From the NCBI GenBank assembly GCA_045587125.1, contig JAZNBN010000020.1, positions 1,796-65,795 on the forward strand: 64,000 nucleotides of DNA, given 5' to 3'. The translations under genes were made by a program, and so were the position numbers. Positions 10,529-19,942 of this stretch are shown here, piece by piece. Numbering within the stretch: position 1 is the stretch's first letter; each line of letters begins with the position of its first letter. Source of the stretch: Candidatus Enterousia sp. (GTDB taxonomy: Bacteria > Pseudomonadota > Alphaproteobacteria > Rs-D84). Under the pieces are notes generated by a model, which saw nothing but the letters and a program-made list of their open reading frames with translations, did not search any database and had not been told where the DNA came from.

Positions 10529-12973
10529 TTATTCATCTGTTTTGGTATATATCCCTTGGGGCAATAATGGTGCGGATAATATGGCCTTTTCTGATGTTAA
10601 GCATTTGCCCTTTTTGGTATTGTCCATGAAAATACATACCTGGTTTTCATCAGAAAATCCAATCGCGTCTTTCCATTTTGTATCATAATATATGGTTTCG
10701 CATTTTGTAGATTTACCATTTTGACTGCGACGTGCACCATTTTCCCAACATGAACACATGCCCCATGATTCAATATCTACAGACAGTCCATAATCACGTG
10801 GACACATGTTTTCGTTTGTCTTATCATCTGACTGGAATATGCCATATGTACTGATGATTTCTTTATGTTCATTTTTGGTACTTACTGTATAGATACATTT
10901 ATTATCTGGGTTATAATTGCCAGATATAAATTGTGGTTCAATAAAACGACCCTGCAGGTTATTACATTGTGTTGATAATACAGACAGGATTTGATTATAT
11001 ATTTCTGTTGCAATACCTGTTGGACGTAGGTAACGTTGGTTGAATGATAATGATGTATCGTCATTTAAAATACCGTATTTAAGTTGACCTGTTGAGTTGT
11101 AACTTAAACTGTCACCGGTACCCGAGACAGGGACTTTGTCAAGACCACCAAACGTCTGTTCTATTATATCCTTGCATGCTTCTATATTGTCTAATTGTTT
11201 CGCACATGGAGAAGTAATATTTTTTATTTGTTGTCCGGATTCTTCTGTGTATGTGTACAATGTGAACCAATCTGGGGCATTGCCAGGCAGGAAAAGTCCA
11301 CTGTATGGGTAATAAAAATTCTCGTAATTGGTACCGCCGTATTTATCAAAGCATTGTTGTGCAACCGCACGGCATGCGGTTAAATTATCAGTTTCCGTTT
11401 GGGTGTTAATGTATTCTGCGATGATGTCGCCAGCAAACAGATTGTTGCAAGAATCTACATAATCTGTGCACATTTGTGTACTAAGTTTTATTTGTTCTGG
11501 TTTGATAACAATGTTATTATTACCCGTCAAAGTAGCCATTGCGTTTGTTATGGCTTTGTTACTGTTTATATAGCAATTGGATACAAAGTCAAAACATCCC
11601 TGTTTAATTTCGGCAACTTTATCTTTTTGTGCGTAATATATATCCAACATCGCTTTGTCCAGATATTCAGCCCATACATAATCTGCATTTTCTGTACACT
11701 TATCCAATGCGGGTTCTGCAAACTTTTTAACACGACTTTCAAAATTAGAAACGAATGTTCTGTTGCCACTGATTTTAGATAGTTGTTGATTTTGTAAATC
11801 TTTATCGGTACTGAATGTTAACAATTTTTCCAGATTGTAAAAATCTTTGACACCTGCGATTGGGGCACCGGTTGTTATATCTATGTATTCGCCATTGTCA
11901 AGACATCTGTGATAATTTGCACCACAGACTTCTTCACTAAGTATTGCCATTTCAACTTCGTTTATACACGTTGTTATATCAGAAGAGTTATGTTTTTTTC
12001 TGTTTTCTACACGTGCTAAATCCAACATGGCACTGCCCTCGCGGATGGCGGATTTTAATTGTTTTTGTGTCGTTTCAATTGCAGTTTGAACCGTGTTGCA
12101 ATCTTGTTCAACCGCCATCAGATATGCAGTAATGGCACGTTGTAATGATGCGTCGCTGCAGACATCTTTGACCGCCTGACGACATTGTGGGTATACCGCT
12201 TGATATAATGCCTGGCCATTATATGTTGCGATTACTTGACCGGAATCCGTCATCCCAAATGCATTCGCGGTATCAAAAGATATATTTATACTGTTTAAAT
12301 CAGAATATTTACCGCCAACATTTGTGTCTTCGCCACGTATGGAATTCATGATTGCCTGTAATAACGCCTTGGATGCGGATTTATCAGATGTTAACGCGGC
12401 TTCGCCTTCGGATTCTTGACGCATTGCAGATGCCTGGGCATATGTCATGCCGACAACTTCCAGATTTTCATTGAACGCTTGTAATTGGGTATTTGCATCC
12501 TGTAAAGTATCGCGCATTTTTATCATGTCAAATACGCGATCGTTACAAGAGCAACGACGATAATCGTCATTTTTTAACGTGCAAAATTGATCCATACATG
12601 TAAAATACGCGGTTTTGCATTGTTCATATGCGGCACCTGTTTTTGTTGTTGGTGTTGTATTGTCGGTTGTTGCACGTGCCTTGATTTTTTGTTGTGTTTG
12701 ATTTTGTTTTATTGCACTGCGTTCATTTATGTTTCGGTTGGGTTGTTTTTTATTGATTGCACGAACATTGGTTTCCGGCCCAATGGATGCACTGCGTGGT
12801 GTTAATATCGTTGCGTTTCTGGATGAAACAGATGTGCGTTTTTGCACAGAAGATACGCGGCTTTGTTGTTGTGGTTTTGCGGTTCTGGATAATGCGTTGC
12901 CATCACGGACCGCTGCATCGGCAATGCCGATACAGAACAAGAAATTCGCAATATAAACAAGAATTTTCTTCAT
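10529..12973 (-). CDS. Large secreted Cys-rich protein (paralog of 44653..47091)
   Basis: Signal peptide MKKILVYIANFLFCIGIADA, R/S/T-rich linker, CMDQFC..YRRCSC motif, many cysteines. Confidence 0.8.
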   Translation of the reverse strand: MKKILVYIANFLFCIGIADAAVRDGNALSRTAKPQQQSRVSSVQKRTSVSSRNATILTPRSASIGPETNVRAINKKQPNRNINERSAIKQNQTQQKIKARATTDNTTPTTKTGAAYEQCKTAYFTCMDQFCTLKNDDYRRCSCNDRVFDMIKMRDTLQDANTQLQAFNENLEVVGMTYAQASAMRQESEGEAALTSDKSASKALLQAIMNSIRGEDTNVGGKYSDLNSINISFDTANAFGMTDSGQVIATYNGQALYQAVYPQCRQAVKDVCSDASLQRAITAYLMAVEQDCNTVQTAIETTQKQLKSAIREGSAMLDLARVENRKKHNSSDITTCINEVEMAILSEEVCGANYHRCLDNGEYIDITTGAPIAGVKDFYNLEKLLTFSTDKDLQNQQLSKISGNRTFVSNFESRVKKFAEPALDKCTENADYVWAEYLDKAMLDIYYAQKDKVAEIKQGCFDFVSNCYINSNKAITNAMATLTGNNNIVIKPEQIKLSTQMCTDYVDSCNNLFAGDIIAEYINTQTETDNLTACRAVAQQCFDKYGGTNYENFYYPYSGLFLPGNAPDWFTLYTYTEESGQQIKNITSPCAKQLDNIEACKDIIEQTFGGLDKVPVSGTGDSLSYNSTGQLKYGILNDDTSLSFNQRYLRPTGIATEIYNQILSVLSTQCNNLQGRFIEPQFISGNYNPDNKCIYTVSTKNEHKEIISTYGIFQSDDKTNENMCPRDYGLSVDIESWGMCSCWENGARRSQNGKSTKCETIYYDTKWKDAIGFSDENQVCIFMDNTKKGKCLTSEKAILSAPLLPQGIYTKTDE

Positions 12974-13108
12974 CTCTGGGTTAATCTTAGCAAAATTGTA
13001 AAATACGGTGCAAGTGAATAATAGGGTTAAAAAATAAAATTTATATGCATAAATAAATTTTTCTTGTTGCAATTATGTTGAAATTGGGTTATATTTCTTT
13101 GGCTTTAT

Positions 13109-13195
13109 GGGCATATGGCGGAATTGGTAGACGCGCTAGTTTCAGGTACTAGTGGTAGCGATACCTTGGAAGTTCGAGTCTTCTTATGCCCACCA
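13109..13195 (+). tRNA. tRNA-Leu(CAG)
   Basis: GGGCATA/TATGCCC acceptor stem, anticodon arm CTAGT-TT-CAG-GT-ACTAG, long variable arm, GTTCGAGTC, CCA. Confidence 0.95.
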
Positions 13196-13205
13196 GAAGT
13201 TTTTT

Positions 13206-13281
13206 GGGGTTGTAGCTCAGCTGATAGAGCGCTACGTTCGCATCGTAGAGGTCGTGGGTTTGAGTCCCATCAGCTCCACCA
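13206..13281 (+). tRNA. tRNA-Ala(CGC)
   Basis: G3:U70 pair in acceptor stem, CTACG-TT-CGC-AT-CGTAG, encoded CCA. Confidence 0.93.
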
Positions 13282-13301
13282 ATTTTGATAAAAAAGTCTT
13301 C

Positions 13302-13388
13302 GGGGATATGGCGGAATGGTAGACGCTGAGGACTTAAAATCCTTTGGTCATTGCGACCGTGTGGGTTCGAGTCCCACTATCCCCACCA
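13302..13388 (+). tRNA. tRNA-Leu(TAA)
   Basis: GAGGA-CT-TAA-AA-TCCTT anticodon arm, long variable arm, GGTTCGAGTCC, CCA. Confidence 0.95.
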
Positions 13389-13394
13389 GAAATT

Positions 13395-13420
13395 AAAAAT
13401 GCCCGAATGGGCATTTTTTT
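13395..13420. terminator. Bidirectional terminator
   Basis: aaaaatgccc-gaat-gggcattttttt. Confidence 0.85.
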
Positions 13421-14546
13421 ACTTGGTATGTTTCATATGTTGTTGCATAACCATTTTTTTGATTTTTGGATTCAGTTCATATACGCCACTTTTTTCCAAG
13501 AATTCAAACAGGTAATCGCGTCTTAGGTATAAGGTGATTTTTGGACCGCGTCTTTTATATTCAATCGCACCCGCAGGTAATTTAGATTGCATTTCTTTAA
13601 ACAATTGTGGCATTTGGCGAACATGGGTATGAAACATTTCTTCTATTTCACGTGCAGCAATCCAATTTTTATCGTCTTTGGTGTCGTATATATACAGACC
13701 TGTTATTGCACAAAAATCGTTCATGTATTCTTGATTCAGGCACAGGTGTGTTTTTGGACCGCTTTTTCTGAATTCAATTGCACCATTGGGCATTTGACTG
13801 CGCAGTTCGTGCAACATTGTTGGCAGATTGTTTAGTCTACGCTTTGTTTTTTGTCGGATTTCTTTGGCAGACAGCCAATTGTTATCTTTTTTTGGGATGG
13901 TTTGCAGTTTCGCAGCGGTTACAAAATCTTGAAGATAATCTTTGTGTAGGTATATTGTTGTAACTTTACCGCAAAGTCTTTTTTGTAATATAGATTTTGG
14001 TAATGTACCCTGGGTATACAAATCATTTAATATAGATGGTATTTTGTCATGTCTTATATGTAATTGTTGGGCGATTTCATGACTGTTTAGCCATTCTGGC
14101 GTTTTTAGAATTGATTTTTGTATTCCGGCGATTTCACAAAACATATCCAAGAAGTCTTTGTGTAAAACAAGTATATATTTGTTTGTATGTTTTTGTAATT
14201 GAATTGCACCTGGGGGCATTGTATGTTGGTATTGTGTTAATAATCCATATATTTGGCTGTGGTGTGAATGTAATATGTGGGCAATGTTCGTTGCGGTTAA
14301 GTAATTAGAATCAGCGGTAAAAGATTTTGATATTTGTGCCAGTTTGCAAAATTGTGGCAAATATTTGCGTTTCAGAATTAATATGCGGGGACCACAACGT
14401 CCAATCGGAGACAGTGTTGTTGCGTCCGGTGGTAACATGTCTTTGAAATGGCGTAATTTATCACGTACAGTGCGTGCACGGATGTTGAACATTTTTGATA
14501 TTGTATCAGGAAAAATGAAAGTATCATTGTTTTCCATGTTTTTCAT
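13419..14546 (-). CDS. Hypothetical protein with five tandem ~71-aa winged-HTH-like repeats
   Basis: Repeat consensus W/YLxAxEI..L..........LP.GAI..RxxGPK..LxL.xDYLxxF; SD aagga before ATG at 14546. Confidence 0.75.
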   Translation of the reverse strand: MKNMENNDTFIFPDTISKMFNIRARTVRDKLRHFKDMLPPDATTLSPIGRCGPRILILKRKYLPQFCKLAQISKSFTADSNYLTATNIAHILHSHHSQIYGLLTQYQHTMPPGAIQLQKHTNKYILVLHKDFLDMFCEIAGIQKSILKTPEWLNSHEIAQQLHIRHDKIPSILNDLYTQGTLPKSILQKRLCGKVTTIYLHKDYLQDFVTAAKLQTIPKKDNNWLSAKEIRQKTKRRLNNLPTMLHELRSQMPNGAIEFRKSGPKTHLCLNQEYMNDFCAITGLYIYDTKDDKNWIAAREIEEMFHTHVRQMPQLFKEMQSKLPAGAIEYKRRGPKITLYLRRDYLFEFLEKSGVYELNPKIKKMVMQQHMKHTK

Positions 14547-14567
14547 GTTTAGTCCTTTTGTTGACAA

Positions 14568-14595
14568 ATTATAATGTAAAACTATCGTTTGTCAA
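14568..14595 (-). promoter_or_regulatory. Consensus sigma70 promoter of the wHTH-repeat gene
   Basis: Minus strand TTGACA-16 nt-TATAAT; also forms an inverted repeat ttgacaaa...tttgtcaa. Confidence 0.65.
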
Positions 14596-14675
14596 TATGT
14601 ATTGTTGATAAAAAATAATGCTAGATAGATATATCATTTTGTGGTATAATGTAGTGCGTAAAGGAATGTAGAAAA

Positions 14676-15029
14676 ATGAAAAATATCGTGAAATTTTTAT
14701 TCTTTTCGGTTATTTTTATAGGGGTATCAGGTCCCACAATGGCAGAGGATACAACTGTACCTGCGGTTGTTGAAACAGAAACGGAAACAGAAACAGTGGT
14801 TGGGGATGTTCTGACGGTTACCAGTCAGGATTACGTTGACACATTGTTTGAAGAAACACATAGTGCGGCAAATATTACCAGGGATACATTGGATACGGCA
14901 CGTTTGAATGTCGGACGTGAGGCAAATACTGTTGCCGCCGGTGATGATGGACGTTTTGATACAATGGTAATTGGTCAGCCTGATAAAGAGGCAGAAGAAG
15001 GTCGTGTGTTGGTATGGGTTGAACCATAA
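14676..15029 (+). CDS. Small secreted protein with a tail-fibre-like motif
   Basis: Signal peptide; TSQDYVDT and LNVGREANTVAAGDDGRF motifs. Confidence 0.7.
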   Translation: MKNIVKFLFFSVIFIGVSGPTMAEDTTVPAVVETETETETVVGDVLTVTSQDYVDTLFEETHSAANITRDTLDTARLNVGREANTVAAGDDGRFDTMVIGQPDKEAEEGRVLVWVEP

Positions 15030-15091
15030 AGACAAAAGGGTTTATAAAAAACGTCTGATTGTATCAGACGTTTTTTTGTTATATTAATTTT

Positions 15092-15409
15092 TTATCGCAA
15101 TCCTTTTGATCGACAACATCCAGATGCGGCGGCACGCCAATCAGAATATTCTTTGTTTGGGTTACGCAGGTCACGCCATGGTTGCCAACCACTGCAACGT
15201 TTGTTTGAACCTGTGCCAGAACATTTTGCATAACGACGCAGTGAACATGTTTGATTTGAAACTTTGCCTGTATCGGTTGTGCATTTTACAACAACATTTT
15301 GATTTTTTGCATCATTTTTACCCAATTCTTTGGACGATAAAACCTGATACGCGTTTGCGGTGCAAATTGTGCTGGTAGCCATAATAATTGCAAGTAGTAT
15401 TTTTTTCAT
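15092..15409 (-). CDS. Small secreted Cys-rich basic protein
   Basis: Signal peptide MKKILLAIIMATSTICTANA, six Cys in the mature part. Confidence 0.7.
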   Translation of the reverse strand: MKKILLAIIMATSTICTANAYQVLSSKELGKNDAKNQNVVVKCTTDTGKVSNQTCSLRRYAKCSGTGSNKRCSGWQPWRDLRNPNKEYSDWRAAASGCCRSKGLR

Positions 15410-15475
15410 ATTGGTGCCCCCTGCTTTGATTTCATAACTATTATAAAAAAATATCAGATAAAAAACAATGGGATT

Positions 15476-17140
15476 TTATTGGGGGTTGGTTGACCATGGT
15501 ATATCGTTCATAATCAGATAATATAATTCCGCATTATCTTGGCCTGGGTTACGTAATACGGGGCGTACAACAAATATATCGACATTACATGGTGTGTTTG
15601 TATTATCTTGGACTTCGGTTAAATCCTCATAAAACTTAGCAGCAAAATCCATGACTTGCAGATATGCGGCGTCGTCGTCGGTTGCATTGGTTGAATTGCC
15701 CATCCACATTAGCCACATACCATAATTTATGGTATCTTCTTGGCCAGCAATATCGTCTGCGGACAGCAATAACAAAGGCTTAAAATCGACACCACTGGTA
15801 AATTCGTCGGTACTGGTTTCTGTAAAGTCCCAAAACAGACCGCCAATTGTGCCCAATGCACCAAATGCCAGACTGCCTATGGTTTCTAATTTTGCCAATG
15901 CACCTGCATTTCTTAGTGTAGAATGAAACAGGTAATCACGAATTTGACCGGACAGTTTACTGCTGCGTCCCAGTTTGGCCGCTTTGTTTATTAATTTATT
16001 TCCTGAAAATGCTGCTTTGACACCCTTGCCTACACGTACAGTGCGTGCAAATATGTTTCCACGTTGTGCGATTTTGTGTAACGAGTTTACGCCACGCAGT
16101 TCATGTCTATATTTGTTTAATTCAGAATATGTTTTACTGGCTTCTTTATATTTTTTTACATCATCACTGTTTTCCAGTGTTTTTAATGTATCGTTTATTT
16201 TATTCAGTTCACGTTGTTTGTCTGCGATTTTTGCTGCGTCTTTTACTTTATCTAATGTTTTTATTTCATCGGCTAATTTAGCAGCTTGTCCGGATATCTT
16301 TATGTGATCACGGACAGCGTCAACGTTACGAAGTTGTTTTAATGTGGTTCGTAGACCTTTTAATGCACGTGCGGCACGTGGCGCCTTGGTGGCCCCCAAT
16401 ACAACTGTGCCAGTCCCAGCTGTTAATACAGTGATGGCGACATCCAGTGCTATTTCTGCATATCCAACCCATTCCAGGTTTTTATTGCCTGCAACGTAGT
16501 AATCGTTGGAATCATCTTTGATACTGACTGTTTGTATCATTGCACGATTTATTGCGTCTCCGTCACCTGTCCAGGCAGTTTCACTGGTGCAACTTAGACC
16601 ACGCGGATAAAAACTGTCGAAATTATCATTTATATATTTCATTGAAATTGTGTTGTTTTTATCAGGACCAACAAATTCATCCAGTGTGCCTGATTCAACA
16701 ACCATAATACCGTACCATGCAGGATCTGTATTTGTCCAAACAGTATCGCCATCTTCACCAATTTTTGGGTTGGGGTCACTGGACGGCAGACTTCGTTTTT
16801 GTCCCAATGTCAGCCGTTGTTTTAGAATTTTTGGTTGTGTTTCGTAATTTACAATTATTTCACGACCACCTGGGAAAGTGTATTTTATTGGTGCGAATTT
16901 AATTGTTTCTGTTTCCGGAACAGATGATATTTCTGGACAATTTAAAACCGATGATAAAACTTTGTGATTGTAAAAAGTTTTATATATCCATTCTTTGATT
17001 ACGTCTGGTTCGTCTTGTTCGGTAACTGTGTCGGCTGTTTGTGCCAAAGCGTTCGCAAAAATCTGTGAGGCACAAGGTGTGGCATTTGCGTTTGTAAATA
17101 TCATCAGAAAAAAAACAAAAAATATTAAATTTTTTTTCAT
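15476..17140 (-). CDS. Secreted hypothetical protein with two hydrophobic Gly-rich helices flanking a basic coiled coil
   Basis: Signal peptide; IALDVAITVLTAGTGTVVLG and GSLAFGALGTIGGLF; ATGA-coupled to upstream gene. Confidence 0.75.
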   Translation of the reverse strand: MKKNLIFFVFFLMIFTNANATPCASQIFANALAQTADTVTEQDEPDVIKEWIYKTFYNHKVLSSVLNCPEISSVPETETIKFAPIKYTFPGGREIIVNYETQPKILKQRLTLGQKRSLPSSDPNPKIGEDGDTVWTNTDPAWYGIMVVESGTLDEFVGPDKNNTISMKYINDNFDSFYPRGLSCTSETAWTGDGDAINRAMIQTVSIKDDSNDYYVAGNKNLEWVGYAEIALDVAITVLTAGTGTVVLGATKAPRAARALKGLRTTLKQLRNVDAVRDHIKISGQAAKLADEIKTLDKVKDAAKIADKQRELNKINDTLKTLENSDDVKKYKEASKTYSELNKYRHELRGVNSLHKIAQRGNIFARTVRVGKGVKAAFSGNKLINKAAKLGRSSKLSGQIRDYLFHSTLRNAGALAKLETIGSLAFGALGTIGGLFWDFTETSTDEFTSGVDFKPLLLLSADDIAGQEDTINYGMWLMWMGNSTNATDDDAAYLQVMDFAAKFYEDLTEVQDNTNTPCNVDIFVVRPVLRNPGQDNAELYYLIMNDIPWSTNPQ

Positions 17141-18480
17141 TGTATTAAACTGTCGCATTGTTGTTGCAAAATAGTTATTTCATTTTGAATGCGTTGTATT
17201 AATGCAGGGTATGGGTCGTTTGGAACAGAACTGTCCCCGTTTATTAGACGCCAATTATAGCAAAAATTTTGTGTGTCTGGGATATATTCCACATATGCAT
17301 TTGCAGGTGGTTCACCGTTACAATATCTGGTGACGCATTCTGGCGCCCATGCATCATCTTTCCATAATCCATCCCACCATGATGCAGGTTTGTCCGAACC
17401 ACCCTGTAAACATTGACGAACCCCCGGACGTTTTACAGTCATTTTGCCATCTGATGATTCAACACCACAAAACATATATTCACCTATTTGTGCCTGGCGT
17501 TGACCCTTGTTAAAGGCGGTATTACAACATGTAAATAGACCAGTTTCTGGATCGTGCAAACAATCTGTTTCCGAGAATAATTGTGAACCTGCGATTACTG
17601 TACCAAGGACTGTGCCAACAATTGCACCAACACCATTACCAATTACAGGTACAGCGGTACCAATTGCCATACCTGTTGTTAAACCGCCAACTGCACCTGC
17701 AAAAAGATTGCCTACGCTGTGTTTGTCTTTGCCTGTGACGGTAGAGGCAACAGTCAAAACGCCCCCAACCCCTGCAACAGCTGTACCAACTTTTGCGGCT
17801 GTACTCATACCTTTCCAACCCTGGGGTGTAGTGTTTGCAGGTGCCTGATTAGTTGATTGGTTTGTGCCAGCACCTGTTTGAGTTGCAGCTTGATTCGTAC
17901 CTGCGCCCGTTTGAGTCGCTGCTTGATTTGTACCTGCACCCGTTTGAGTCGCTGCTTGATTCGTACCAGCACCTGTTTGAGTCGCTGCTTGATTCGTACC
18001 TGCGCCAGTATTTGTCCCATTTGGTGGTGTTGCTGATGACGGTGTTGTTCCACTTGGAAATGCTGTGCCGGATGTCGTAACATTAGGAGTTGTTGGTGTT
18101 GGCGCAGATGTTGTGGCAAATTGATTCGTACCTGCGCCAGTATTTGTACCATTTGGTGGTGTTGCTGATGACGTTGTTGTCCAACTTGGAAATGCTGTGC
18201 CGGATGTCGTAACATTAGGAGTTGTTGATGTTGGCGCAGATGTTGTGGCAAATGGTGTAATTGGAATTGGTGTAGAAGTTGGTGGCATATTTCTGATGTG
18301 GTCTGGCATTCCTGTGGTGCTAACGAATTGACCATTTACTGCGTTACGAAATCTGTTGTCTGGTGTTCTTATCAGTTGTACATCTGGATCATTCCATGCG
18401 GCACATAATGCGCTGTTTGTTGTCATCGCAACAAAACAAGAAAGCGCAATATTAAAAAGAAGATATTTTTTGTGTATCAT
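17137..18480 (-). CDS. Secreted protein with T/S/P-rich repeats, glycine zipper and Cys-rich C-terminal domain
   Basis: Signal peptide, QAATQTGAGTN repeats, GAVGGLTTGMAIG..GNGVGAIVG; ATGA-coupled. Confidence 0.75.
   Translation of the reverse strand: MIHKKYLLFNIALSCFVAMTTNSALCAAWNDPDVQLIRTPDNRFRNAVNGQFVSTTGMPDHIRNMPPTSTPIPITPFATTSAPTSTTPNVTTSGTAFPSWTTTSSATPPNGTNTGAGTNQFATTSAPTPTTPNVTTSGTAFPSGTTPSSATPPNGTNTGAGTNQAATQTGAGTNQAATQTGAGTNQAATQTGAGTNQAATQTGAGTNQSTNQAPANTTPQGWKGMSTAAKVGTAVAGVGGVLTVASTVTGKDKHSVGNLFAGAVGGLTTGMAIGTAVPVIGNGVGAIVGTVLGTVIAGSQLFSETDCLHDPETGLFTCCNTAFNKGQRQAQIGEYMFCGVESSDGKMTVKRPGVRQCLQGGSDKPASWWDGLWKDDAWAPECVTRYCNGEPPANAYVEYIPDTQNFCYNWRLINGDSSVPNDPYPALIQRIQNEITILQQQCDSLIQ
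17857..18252. repeat. Intragenic tandem repeats: 4 x 33 bp (17857-17988) plus 2 x 132 bp (17989-18252)
   Basis: ttgattcgtacc(t/a)gc..c(c/t)gtttgagtcgctgc units; near-identical 132-bp duplication encoding FATTSAPT..GAGTNQ. Confidence 0.9.
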
Positions 18481-19367
18481 AAATATGTTCCCTTTAATTT
18501 GCATTTTGATAATTCAATATTTTGTTGCTGACATTGTTGCAGTGTTTTCAAATCTTCAACCAATATTTGATATTTTGCATTGGAATTTGTGCAATAAGCA
18601 TTTTTTTGTTGTTCAACTCGCTTGCGACGTGTAAGAAATTCTTCCTCTGATTCTATTTCAATTTCTGTGTATGCACGACTGTCTTTATATGGTTCATAGC
18701 CCTTGGTTTCGTTTGCGATGCGTTCCGCAAATGACAAATCTGCGTATGTGGCTGGAAAACTGGCACGTTGCAGGCCAACGTTGTTTGCACCATTTTGGTT
18801 TTGTAATGATTCCAGTTCGTTTTTGCGTTCCTGCATTTCTTTGGCCCATTCAGGAACATTTGGGGCAAATGGATTTGGAATGTTTATTCCCGAATCGTAT
18901 GCGTTCGGATTTGGTGCGGTTGCATTTGGAAAAGCAACATGCCCAGACGGACCAGATGTTGTATAGTTTGCCTTGTATTGTTCAAATGCACTGTCCAAAT
19001 ATCCAGAACATGACGATATATAATTGCCATCAGATATTCGTGACAGTTGTAATAACACAGCAGGTCTAATGTCGTTTAATGTGGTGCTGGCACAATTGTT
19101 TAACAGTGCACACTGGGAAATAATTAAATTATAAACGATTGTTTGACAATCTTCTGAATCAATCTTGGGACCAGTGGCGTATACAGGTTGTGGCATACGC
19201 ATGTTGTATGGCCCATTTGGATCGTATCCAGGTTGGGTCGAATATTTTTGTACGTTTTGAATAACGCCGTATTGTGAAAATGGTGATGGAGATGAGGCAC
19301 GTGACGAATATGTGCAAAAAATGCAACCTGTCAATAATGCTAAAATACTGGGGTTATTCACTCTCAT
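18477..19367 (-). CDS. Secreted hypothetical protein
   Basis: Signal-like N-terminus, Cys pairs, coiled coil; part of translationally coupled operon. Confidence 0.7.
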   Translation of the reverse strand: MRVNNPSILALLTGCIFCTYSSRASSPSPFSQYGVIQNVQKYSTQPGYDPNGPYNMRMPQPVYATGPKIDSEDCQTIVYNLIISQCALLNNCASTTLNDIRPAVLLQLSRISDGNYISSCSGYLDSAFEQYKANYTTSGPSGHVAFPNATAPNPNAYDSGINIPNPFAPNVPEWAKEMQERKNELESLQNQNGANNVGLQRASFPATYADLSFAERIANETKGYEPYKDSRAYTEIEIESEEEFLTRRKRVEQQKNAYCTNSNAKYQILVEDLKTLQQCQQQNIELSKCKLKGTYL

Positions 19368-19398
19368 CTTTCCTTAATTGATTCCCTGTTTTGATTTA

Positions 19399-19869
19399 TT
19401 ATAACAAAAATATGTTTGTAATCAAAGATAAAAATCCCCCAAATAAAAAGAAAGGTGCAAATGGAATAAATTTTTGCCTTTTTATGTTTGCCCAAATTGC
19501 ACCTGTGATACATGCAATGATCAATGCGGTTGCCATGCCGGTTATCCCCAACCAAATGCCACCTACCCCCATTAATTTTATGTCACCCATGCCAATTGGA
19601 GATTCTGAATTTGGATTTTTTTTGCGTAAAATAATGTCAAATATAAAACCGATTAAAACGGACATTGTGTACCCAAATATTGCGCCAATAACCGCGTCTG
19701 TAATTGGAATTGGAAATGCGTAAAATGTAGTTAATGTCAGACCGCACAGCATCAGTGGAAATAAATATGCATCTGGAATAATTCTGCGGCGAAAATCAGC
19801 AATTGAAATCAAAACAGAACATAATATGGCCAATATTAATAAAAATATAAAAAATATGTATGAAATCAT
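19399..19869 (-). CDS. Prepilin peptidase (A24 family, short CpaA-like form)
   Basis: ADFRRRIIPD and GMGDIKL catalytic aspartates, IPFAPF. Confidence 0.88.
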   Translation of the reverse strand: MISYIFFIFLLILAILCSVLISIADFRRRIIPDAYLFPLMLCGLTLTTFYAFPIPITDAVIGAIFGYTMSVLIGFIFDIILRKKNPNSESPIGMGDIKLMGVGGIWLGITGMATALIIACITGAIWANIKRQKFIPFAPFFLFGGFLSLITNIFLL

Positions 19870-19942
19870 GTTTTTCTCCCTTGCGTTTCGAATCGGATTT
19901 ATGATAGAATCTTATTATAATGTATAACAAAGGTTTTGTAAA

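Noticed and set aside
13388-15100. Prophage or island integrated at tRNA-Leu(TAA)
   Set aside because: No integrase and no duplicated tRNA-Leu 3' end were seen in the window.
17857-18252. Possible CRISPR array
   Set aside because: The units abut without unique spacers, stay in frame within a CDS, and no cas genes are present.
19880-19925. Two GAATC (CcrM-type) sites upstream of gcrA
   Set aside because: GANTC is common throughout this window, so two sites are not significant without methylome data.
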